From Mobula hypostoma (lineage: Eukaryota), in contig NC_086118.1 in assembly GCF_963921235.1 (NCBI RefSeq), positions 4,836,001 to 4,900,000 on the forward strand: a stretch of 64,000 nucleotides of DNA, read 5' to 3'. Both the position numbers and the translations under genes were made by a program. Numbering within the stretch: position 1 is the first letter of the stretch; each line of letters begins with the position of its first letter. The notes under the pieces were generated by a model. It made no database searches. It had not been told where the DNA came from and saw only the letters and a list, made by a program, of their open reading frames with translations. Positions 58,901 to 64,000 of the stretch are shown here, piece after piece.

Positions 58901-61871
58901 TGTCAGCTCACCGGCAGGTGGTGAGAGTGGGCTCCCTCACTACAGGGGCACAGCTGAGAGCATCCTGACTGGCTGCATCACTGCCTGGTATGGGAACTGT
59001 ACCTCCCTTAATCGCAGGACTCTGCAGAGAGTGGTGTGGACAGCCCAGCGCATCGGTAGTTATGAACTTCCCATGATTCAGGACATTTACAAAGACAGGT
59101 TTGCAAAAAGGGCCCGTAGGATCATTGGGGACCCGAGTCAGCCCAACCACAATCTATTCCAGCTGCTACCATCCGGAAAACGGTACCGCAGCATAAAAGC
59201 CAGGACCCACAGGCTTCTTCCACCAGGCCATCAGACTGATTAACTCGCACTGATTTGGGTGTATTCTATGTTACATTGACTGTTCCTTTTATTATAAATT
59301 ACTATGATTGCACATTGCACATTTAGATGGAGACATAATGTAAAGATTTTTATTCATGTATGTGAAGGATGTAAGAAATAAAGTCAATTCAAGTACAAAA
59401 GATAAAAGGGATGCAGTGGATGTTGTGTATTTGGACTTTCAGAAGGCCTTTGACAAGGTGCCACACACGAGGCTGCTTATCAAGTTAAGAGCCCATGGTA
59501 TTACAGGAAAGTTACTACATGGTTTGAGCATTGGCTGATTGGTAGGAGGTAGCGAGTGGGAATAACGGTCTTACAAAGATCATAGCAGAGCAACTAATAC
59601 TTATCTCAAATGAAACTAAGTAATTGAAACTGAATAATTAACAGATGTGAATGAGCAAAGATTTGCTATGTCTGCACTAATGTAGTAAGGTTATTTCCAT
59701 GATATAGTTGTCACATTCCTGATACGTTCCAAGTACTCTTTGTTCAAGCTCATAATTGGTTATGAAGAATGATTAAGGGGATTGAAGCTTGTTTTGGTCT
59801 TGAGCAAAGGGGGGCAGAATTTTACTGGTTTGCTTCTATACAAAAGACAAAACTGTACAGTAGTCACTCTACTGAGGTGTATATTTCCCCTTCAGAAGTT
59901 AAATCCACTCAGCCAAGATTATATGAAATCCATCTGGTAGGATCTTGTATAAAACAGTTGTAATCATTTTAAATGAAATGTGAGGCACTAGACTATCCAA
60001 GCTTGCAGCTCGAACACCATCATAGTTGTCAGCTTACATTGGGAATTTAATCTTTCTGGCTTAGTTTTGACTTTCACTCTCTGAAACTATTGGGTGAGAT
60101 GTGCATTGTTATTCAGGTAATGAATTGCTAATCTTGCATTGCTGGTTTTGTAGATCGTATGCCAAAACTGGAATTGGTTTATTGCTATTGCGTGTACTGA
60201 GATGTGGAAAGTTTTAATTTTACAGCCTTCCACGCAGATCATTTCAAATCATAAGCCCATTGAAGTGGGCTTATGGGGAAAACACTAACAAGATGCAGTA
60301 TTTTGTGCTACAGGTACAGAGGGAGTGCGGTATAAGTAGATAATAAGGCAGATTGTGAGCTCAAGAGTTCATAATGTACATGGTTAAATGAGGTTCTTCT
60401 TCCCCTCCCCCCCCCGCAAAAAAAAGTGATTTAAATTATGAACTGTGGTGGATACTGAGGCAGCAGCCATGTGAGGGACAGGAAGGTCTAAAATGAGGAA
60501 CAGCAGCAAATTACCTATTGGCCAATATCTTTCTGCGAAATGAGTTGTTTCATATTTATCATCTGACAGTCTTTGCAATAGGGAATCGATTACTCTCAAA
60601 CATTCCCCGTCTCCTACAATGTTTATCAGATTATAAAACCCACCCAATAAAAAAAATTCCTCTCATAGTTCTCGTGCCAAATATATTATGCAACCTGTTG
60701 CAAATCTGTGTCCAATCAGTACCTTATACTGAACCATGCTTACTCCACATTGATCAACAGTGAGTCTATTGAGCGCAGTGGCACGGGTGGCTCTCAATTC
60801 CGGAGCTTTGATGCAGTTTGCAGTGTTTGCATGTTCTACCCATTTCCACCAGATACTTTGGTTTCCTCCAGCATCTCAAAGTAGTACTGGCAGGTTAAAT
60901 GTCCCTTGTATGGAGCAGGTGGATCAAAGGGGAGTTGAGCATGTGAGAGTTGCAGGCGTACATGCTCCTGTATGGCCTCCTGTACAGTCGACAACCTGGG
61001 CGACAATTCTGAATTTTCAGTTGGTTTCCATCCTGAGTAAAACTGGGCAAATGAGGTGCAAGCTACTGTCCCGTTTCCAATTGCTGCTTGTTGTGTGCGT
61101 GTTCATGTTCTTGGTGATATCTGAAGAATGGCCAATTATTTCCATATTTCTCGCAAGGTAGAGGAAACCTTTGATTCTGTCCTGAATCTCAGCATTTCCA
61201 TCAATTTCAATTCCCCTCCCATTTCCCTATAACTTGTCACAAGGAGTAATTTTACAGTGAATCAATTAACCTCTCAGCCAGCATACCATTGAAAAGTGGG
61301 AGGAAACACGCACTCATCAGGAGAAGGTGCAAACTCCACACAGCTCCAAGGATCGGGATTGAACCTGTCCTGCTGGCGCTGAGGCAGCAGCCCTACCTGT
61401 TGTGCCATTTGTAATCAAACTTGAGTAATTACTGCTGGTAGGTGTCTGCTTCAGGAAAGAATAAAAGTTGGGGAAACTTTAAATAAGTTCTGCTTTTAGT
61501 TGTCATCCAAGTGACATTCTGGATAATTTGCTGTTGCCCACCTGGACTGTTGATCTCACTAGTTCCAGGTGATCTAGATGAAGCCTGCATTTTATTGCTA
61601 TCTGTGCTGATATGTGTAACTTTGTGACTTGCTTTTCTTGCAGCCTCTCGGAGAGTGTTTGGATGTATTCTGCGTCGACCCCTCTTTGGTCACCAAACAT
61701 GCCAATCTAGTGCGGTTCCCGCCAGACTTCCAGCCAATTCCCTGCAAGCCCCTGTTCTTTGACCTGGCTCTGAACCATGCCGTTTTCCCAGCTTTGGAGG
61801 ATAAAGTGGAACAGAAAGGACGAGGAGGCTTCACTGGTTACATCAAAGGTTTCTTTGGCTTCCGTGGCTGA
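1821..61871 (+). CDS. SRP68: SRP68 spliced gene model, 5'-partial: join(1821-1903, 8704-8813, 12314-12384, 12673-12813, 36244-36342, 38759-38829, 41086-41239, 42138-42232, 50507-50636, 51142-51217, 54170-54222, 61644-61871)
   Basis: 12 exons with AG/GT borders and compatible phases join into one open frame of 1311 nt. The translation is colinear with vertebrate SRP68 (AYTAYL..., [11 protein letters not shown]..., [68 protein letters not shown]). Confidence 0.97.
1950..2330 (-). mobile_element. Possible highly degraded hAT (Tip100-like) transposase fragment
   Basis: Minus-strand peptides FYSMIVDG and IGAGTDDVS...TTCGS resemble the first two catalytic Asp motifs and CxxH; no TIRs found. Confidence 0.3.
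2806..2838 (+). repeat. Imperfect (CA)n microsatellite
   Basis: cacacatacacatacacacacacacatgcacac. Confidence 0.8.
4171..5865 (+). mobile_element. CR1 LINE RT + 3' end nested in the opposite orientation
   Basis: [49 protein letters not shown]; ttctatgttct tail. Confidence 0.88.
6541..6882 (+). mobile_element. Rex1/Babar-type LINE 3' end (young family; also at 36581 and 47411)
   Basis: SHPLH...[21 protein letters not shown]; aataaagtatgact tail. Confidence 0.8.
7122..7655 (-). mobile_element. CR1 3'-end fragment nested in the CR1 at 3115-8010
   Basis: ORF 7269..7571 [21 protein letters not shown]. Confidence 0.85.
8704..8813 (+). CDS. SRP68: SRP68 exon B (110 nt): [37 protein letters not shown]
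   Basis: caacag|g ... atag|gtaaga; phase 2 to 1. Confidence 0.96.
9034..9534. mobile_element. Tigger-type (MER2/Tigger3-like) non-autonomous DNA transposon, spanning an assembly gap
   Basis: TA|cggtcggccctccatatccgcggg ... cccgcggatacagagagccgaccg|TA; CENP-B HTH remnant EFKASKGWL on the minus strand. Confidence 0.8.
9096..9296. other. Assembly gap (~200 N)
   Basis: Run of n. Confidence 1.
10557..11623. mobile_element. Unclassified insertion (possibly solo-LTR-like) with an internal minisatellite
   Basis: 13-bp direct repeat acaggtgcagatt at 10544-10556 and 11624-11636. Confidence 0.7.
10905..11442 (+). repeat. C-rich compound minisatellite (~47-bp and ~25-bp units)
   Basis: Units ccgtcctccccgtctctcctccgactccccc.aaaaaccc flank a block of ccgtctgtcctccggttccccccc units. 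Confidence 0.9.
12314..12384 (+). CDS. SRP68: SRP68 exon C (71 nt): [24 protein letters not shown]
   Basis: ttgccag|gt ... gat|gtaagt; phase 1 to 0. Confidence 0.92.
12673..12813 (+). CDS. SRP68: SRP68 exon D (141 nt): [47 protein letters not shown]
   Basis: ttccaaag|act ... cag|gtatgg; phase 0 to 0. Confidence 0.94.
13153..13335. mobile_element. Penelope pLTR-derived fold-back mini-element
   Basis: ~70-bp inverted arms; 14-bp direct repeat gaatagctaatgtc at 13139-13152 and 13336-13349; interrupts a CR1 RT. Confidence 0.8.
14286..14388. mobile_element. Penelope pLTR-derived fold-back mini-element (short)
   Basis: ggaattcagcaggccagg/cctggcccgctgagttcc hairpin plus tail; TSD tgagacag at 14278-14285 and 14389-14396. 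Confidence 0.7.
15542..16446. mobile_element. hAT-Charlie non-autonomous composite element
   Basis: TIRs cagtggtccccaac / gttggggacccctg; perfect 8-bp TSD ctctacat (15534-15541, 16447-16454). Confidence 0.92.
16171..16267 (-). mobile_element. Single-arm Penelope pLTR fragment with hammerhead core, nested in the hAT element
   Basis: Minus strand cCTGACGAagggtcctggcctGAAAtgta. Confidence 0.7.
16797..17642 (-). mobile_element. Tigger4/Zombi-like internally deleted pogo transposon
   Basis: TIRs caggttgagtaccc / gggtactcatcctg|TA; minus-strand peptide [42 protein letters not shown] (CENP-B HTH). Confidence 0.85.
18090..18617 (+). mobile_element. Hero-clade (R2 group) LINE 3' end with restriction-like endonuclease
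   Basis: [33 protein letters not shown]...RKLSKY...PVEVGCRGF (RPD/ELT/K..KY RLE motifs), then a stop and 3'UTR. Confidence 0.85.
18620..19895 (-). mobile_element. CR1 LINE RT 3' portion
   Basis: ORFs 18820..19296 and 19155..19526 ([22 protein letters not shown]). Confidence 0.88.
20530..21290 (+). mobile_element. Old CR1 3' end
   Basis: Degenerate QFWSP / GDLIEVYK / NFFT..VV..WN.LP motifs. Confidence 0.7.
23530..23740. mobile_element. Penelope pLTR-derived fold-back mini-element with minimal hammerhead motif
   Basis: Inverted arms; cctgacaaagggtctcggcccgaaacgtc at 23656-23684; 12-bp direct repeat atgaagaatgat at 23518-23529 and 23741-23752. Confidence 0.82.
24384..26500 (-). mobile_element. 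Rex1/Babar LINE, 5'-truncated, relatively young
   Basis: 386-aa uninterrupted RT ORF 25062..26222 ([47 protein letters not shown]) plus C-terminal ORF and aataaagtat tail. Confidence 0.92.
26515..28930 (-). mobile_element. Old Rex1-type 3' end split by the Penelope insertion
   Basis: tttattattgtca tail; sequence resumes after the duplicated ccatacaaga. Confidence 0.6.
26744..28494 (-). mobile_element. Penelope-like element (RT + GIY-YIG remnants) with an inverted second pLTR
   Basis: Minus strand [56 protein letters not shown]; plus-strand copy of the 3' end at ~28128-28494; 10-bp TSD ccatacaaga (26734-26743, 28495-28504). Confidence 0.88.
28931..30290 (-). mobile_element. Old Rex1/Babar LINE 3' part
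   Basis: [25 protein letters not shown] (ORF 30126..30362); caagtttattgtca tail. Confidence 0.75.
29568..29788. mobile_element. Penelope pLTR-derived fold-back mini-element
   Basis: Inverted arms meeting at two head-to-head degenerate hammerhead motifs; TSD actgttgatgta/actgctaatgta (29556-29567, 29789-29800). Confidence 0.78.
31269..32577 (-). mobile_element. hAT-Charlie/Buster composite element with transposase C-terminal remnant
   Basis: TIRs caggggtccccaacc / ggttggggaccactg; perfect TSD ttgtaagg (31261-31268, 32578-32585); ORF 31981..32232 [23 protein letters not shown] (hAT dimerisation domain). Confidence 0.92.
33152..35990 (-). mobile_element. Rex1/Babar LINE (EN end + RT + tail) with a nested non-coding insertion at ~35140-35665
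   Basis: [51 protein letters not shown]; (gattct)n tail. Confidence 0.88.
36244..36342 (+). CDS. SRP68: SRP68 exon E (99 nt): [33 protein letters not shown]
   Basis: gttgcag|aca ... ccg|gtgagg; lies within ORF 36211..36411. Confidence 0.95.
36581..37211 (-). mobile_element. Rex1/Babar-type LINE 3' end (young)
   Basis: ORF 36729..37076; (atgact)n tail; near-identical to 6541-6882. Confidence 0.85.
37549..37841 (+). mobile_element. Full-length tRNA-derived CORE-type SINE
   Basis: A box tggccaagtgg, B box gttcgagccc, core gtgtccttgagcaaggcacttaa; TSD tatagagt (37539-37546, 37842-37849). Confidence 0.88.
37990..38490 (-). mobile_element. Old Rex1-type LINE 3' end
   Basis: Degenerate W...AQECKKLQR and tail similar to the other Rex1 copies. 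Confidence 0.6.
38759..38829 (+). CDS. SRP68: SRP68 exon F (71 nt, or 65 nt from 38765): (AQ)[22 protein letters not shown]
   Basis: ttattcag|gcacag|aag ... catag|gtatgt; two in-frame acceptors 6 nt apart. Confidence 0.92.
39240..40680 (-). mobile_element. CR1 5' portion (ORF1 esterase + EN), degraded
   Basis: [22 protein letters not shown] (SGNH-like); VMGYFN-type EN motif. Confidence 0.7.
41086..41239 (+). CDS. SRP68: SRP68 exon G (154 nt): [51 protein letters not shown]
   Basis: cacacag|c ... cag|gtaagg; lies within ORF 41039..41314. Confidence 0.96.
42138..42232 (+). CDS. SRP68: SRP68 exon H (95 nt): [32 protein letters not shown]
   Basis: tgtacag|aat ... taccg|gtaaga. Confidence 0.95.
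43996..44131. mobile_element. Older Penelope pLTR-derived mini-element
   Basis: One arm plus inverted tail (gatttccaacatctgcagaatctcttgtgttt); TSD aataaacat(t/c)cag at 43983-43995 and 44132-44144. Confidence 0.68.
45320..46535 (-). mobile_element. CR1 LINE fragment nested antisense
   Basis: ORFs 46081..46554 and 45738..46160 ([20 protein letters not shown]). Confidence 0.88.
46943..47219 (+). mobile_element. Rex1 3' end, near-identical to 24384-24685 (inverted)
   Basis: [15 protein letters not shown] plus the same 3'UTR and aataaagtat tail. Confidence 0.85.
47411..47457 (-). mobile_element. Abortive (~45 nt) insertion of the young Rex1-type tail
   Basis: atagtcatagtcatactttattgatcccgggggaaattggtt identical to 36581-36622; splits the host codons RPH|LEYC. 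Confidence 0.8.
48010..49505. mobile_element. Mosaic of CR1 fragments (both strands) and a Rex1 RT fragment (49170-49505, +)
   Basis: [11 protein letters not shown]; [19 protein letters not shown]. Confidence 0.72.
49640..50307 (+). mobile_element. Tc1-family transposon, left end + paired-like DNA-binding domain only
   Basis: TA|caatagtgctagaaagtttgtgaacc terminus; [55 protein letters not shown]. Confidence 0.85.
50507..50636 (+). CDS. SRP68: SRP68 exon I (130 nt): [43 protein letters not shown]
   Basis: ttgcag|g ... cag|gtacaa. Confidence 0.95.
51142..51217 (+). CDS. SRP68: SRP68 exon J (76 nt): [25 protein letters not shown]
   Basis: ttgtgcag|gat ... ttag|gtgagt. Confidence 0.95.
52020..53530. 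mobile_element. Old + strand CR1 3' part with a nested minus-strand CR1 3' end (52290-52890) and an old pLTR-derived element (~52045-52240)
   Basis: ORF 52429..52812 [19 protein letters not shown]; degenerate host motifs. Confidence 0.75.
54170..54222 (+). CDS. SRP68: SRP68 exon K (53 nt): [18 protein letters not shown]
   Basis: Polypyrimidine tract + cccag|ac ... aag|gtacgg; phase 1 to 0 fits both neighbours; QVKD motif. Confidence 0.9.
54640..59570 (+). mobile_element. Near full-length, decayed CR1 LINE (5'UTR, ORF1 Zn-finger/coiled-coil/esterase, EN, RT N-half)
   Basis: ORF 54864..55481 ([27 protein letters not shown]); ORF 55856..56338 (LNAR, AITESWL, RGGGVAL, MGDFN); RT at 57300-57890 resuming at 59395. 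Confidence 0.9.
57893..59393 (+). mobile_element. Rex1/Babar LINE with internal deletions, nested in the CR1
   Basis: [40 protein letters not shown]; aataaagtcaattcaa tail. Confidence 0.85.
60770..60910 (+). mobile_element. Degenerate V-SINE (HE1-like)
   Basis: gtttgcatgttct...ggtttcctcc.catc.caaag V-domain-like motif. Confidence 0.5.
61240..61408 (-). mobile_element. V-SINE (HE1-like)
   Basis: Minus strand ggttcaatcc B box, gtggagtttgcac, gtttcctcccac V-domain. Confidence 0.68.
61644..61871 (+). CDS. SRP68: SRP68 terminal coding exon: [75 protein letters not shown] (SRP72-binding C-terminus)
   Basis: ttcttgcag|cct; TGA at 61869-61871; conserved [10 protein letters not shown] motif. Confidence 0.97.
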   Translation, partial: PLGECLDVFCVDPSLVTKHANLVRFPPDFQPIPCKPLFFDLALNHAVFPALEDKVEQKGRGGFTGYIKGFFGFRG

Positions 61872-63375
61872 AGTGTGGAGGAGATTAAATGTCTGTGTTT
61901 CATGGAAAGGTCTGTCTATTGCTGCATCTTTGGAAGCAGTTCTAATGCTTCAGATGGTAGTAGAGACAGAATATGGCAGACTGAATTCAACCCTCGTGCT
62001 AGCCTGTCAAGATGCTGGAATCAAACAACTACAGCACTGAATGCCCCTTGTTTCCTATAAACAATGAACACACCTGAGTTTATGGTGTCATTTCCTGTCA
62101 GCAAGCCAGTAAATTACTAATATACAGGCTCCTCAAACTGTTTAATTTTTTTACTCAGCCAAAAATTATGCCACCAAACCTAGGTGGAGCAGTCAGCTAA
62201 TTTTTTTTCTCCTGCCCTTATGTGTCAATCTGATTGTGGGTGTTGGTCAGAACCAGTAGAACTGGGGGAGTGTTATCGTAAATTAGGTGATGACTCATTG
62301 TTGTGCTAATTTGTTTAAAATAGCTGATTAAGAAGTGATTAAGCAGCAAGTTATCCAGATAGAGTTCAGTCAGAGAACCTTTAAAATATGTTGCATATTA
62401 TTTCTCCCTTCCCCCCTCCTCTCTCTGCCTCACTATCACTTCCTTCCTCAACCAACAGAGCACTCGATTCACTCTTACAGTAATCTGGCTACTATTTATG
62501 TTAATACATGCAGCATTCCAAATCTACATTGGGTCTTACAATTTACGCATCTTCATTCCTGTTGTTGAGGGTGTTCGATTGTTTAAGAGAACCACGATGC
62601 TCCTAATTTCTCACCAGGTTTTAGTCTGGCACTGACTCCTTGCACCAGACTTTCCATTCTTAGTGAGGGTTTCTTGCTAAATTAGGTGAAGAATATGATC
62701 ATAGTCCCATTCTTGTAAGGGTCTGGACAGAACAGTTGCCCTTTTGTCGTGTATTCTTGAACAGGACCCAGTGGAGAGGAGTCACTGAAGAAATCTCAAA
62801 CAAACAATTCAGTGCCCACAACAATTCCCCATGCAGCTGACCAAATACCAGTCTGCAGACCTCAAATGTGCTTGTCTTTCTTTATTTTGACAGCTGCTGC
62901 ATACAGACAGGAGTGAAGGCTTGGTGTTGGTTCACCATTGCAGTTTAACATAATTGTCCAGTTCTTTAAGTCGTGCTTGGTAGTAGCAGGCCAGCCGAGG
63001 AAACAGTACACAAAACCAGTGTAGTGCTGGGTTATGTTCATTCAACTCTGTACTGAAACAGAGCCAATTCAGTGCCACCGATTTTTTAGCCTGTTGAATT
63101 AATTTCTCACTGAAGAACTTGCGAACTATTTAATATAATCAATCCCAATGAAAACCTGGAAGCATTCCCTTTTGTTTTTAAAATGTTCTACCAAGGCAAA
63201 GGAAAAGTTTGAGAGGAATGGATCTGTACACTGAGAGTGTATCATCAATCCCTATGTGTTTGAGTGAACTGAAATTAAAATCAACAAAGATTTATGTTTT
63301 CGCCACCTACTTTAACCTTGGACAAAGTTACTATCAATAGATTAAATTGGGAAATGTTTTGTTTAGAAGTCCTGA

Positions 63376-63381
63376 AATAAA
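63376..63381 (+). terminator. Probable SRP68 polyadenylation signal (3'UTR ~61872-63400)
   Basis: AATAAA ending a TE-poor stretch after the stop codon, followed by GT/T-rich sequence (gtgtatgttgtaactgtgtg, ctttttgccttt). Confidence 0.6.
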
Positions 63382-63454
63382 CTCTTTACCAAAAAGTGTA
63401 TGTTGTAACTGTGTGAGACTCAGACTTTTTGCCTTTGCTGTAGCTAAATGAATC

Positions 63455-63990
63455 TGTGGCTCAATAGTGTGTGAAGATATGATGGACACTGAGGTAAACT
63501 AGACAAAACATCATACTGGCACTTCTAGCAATCAATCATCACTCCACCTGAGCTGGAAGATTACAGGTTCAAGCCCCTTGGTGCTTTAAACAATCAGTTG
63601 ATTGCAGTATTTGGGGAGCACTGGACTCCCTGGTGTCACTTCTTGATTTGGAATGTGACAACAGTTCCTGCTGAACTATGCTGATCATTGGGGTGGATGG
63701 CAAAGTCCCATTTCCTCTTGATCTCTCCCTAGGTTAGTTTGATCCTGAAAAAACTAACCCTGCAGACAGTGACTTGCTTTGTGCAAAATGGAAGCAATGC
63801 ACAGTTTGTTTAGATGGCTGCAGTAGCTAGATACATCCATGCATTATTTAATGTAACATTCACAACCTCTTCAGACGAGATCTTAAACAAAGCTGTGTCT
63901 GACCCTCAGGTTCTAAACCGAATTAATGATGGGCAGGAATCCTTCTGTTCCCACTGTTTAGTCTTCAACCAACACCTGAAAACAGTCACT
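63455..63990 (+). mobile_element. Possible ancient tRNA/Deu-SINE remnants
   Basis: tgtggctca, ggttcaagccc and tcagacgagatcttaaacaaag..gtctgaccctcagg resemble head and Deu-domain sequences. Confidence 0.35.
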
Positions 63991-64000
63991 GACTGTATGG

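Noticed and set aside
1-64000. CRISPR arrays, operons, prokaryotic or viral systems, intronic snoRNAs, U12-type introns
   Set aside because: No repeat-spacer arrays or dense coding; no convincing C/D or H/ACA structure seen; all 11 SRP68 introns here have U2-type GT-AG donors.

Overview
Eukaryotic (vertebrate) genomic DNA, most likely an elasmobranch such as a ray; the taxon is inferred from the protein sequence and the CR1/Rex1/V-SINE/Penelope repeat landscape. The window holds the last 12 coding exons of SRP68 (signal recognition particle 68 kDa subunit) on the + strand, 1821-61871. All splice sites are canonical GT-AG, the phases are consistent, and the exons total 1311 nt (436 aa + stop). 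The 5' exons lie upstream of the window. A probable ~1.5 kb 3'UTR ends near AATAAA at 63376. The introns (up to 23.4 kb) are filled with nested transposon fossils: CR1 and Rex1/Babar LINEs, a Hero-type LINE end, a Penelope element, Tigger/pogo, Tc1 and hAT DNA transposons, and tRNA-SINEs. Almost every other ORF in the track is a TE fragment or antisense noise. Most notable observations: (i) a family of TSD-flanked fold-back mini-elements built around a minimal hammerhead-ribozyme motif, sharing the architecture of a larger inverted Penelope insertion; (ii) a three-layer Charlie>Blackjack-like>Tigger composite MITE present twice with different TSDs; (iii) two inverted CR1 copies 49 kb apart that share the same nested-insertion junction; (iv) young inverted LINE 3' ends bracketing SRP68 exon blocks; (v) an unclassified 1.07 kb G/C-minisatellite element. 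No prokaryotic features or CRISPR arrays are present. TE boundaries without TIR/TSD support are approximate, and family names and homolog comparisons come from motif recognition and recall, not database searches.
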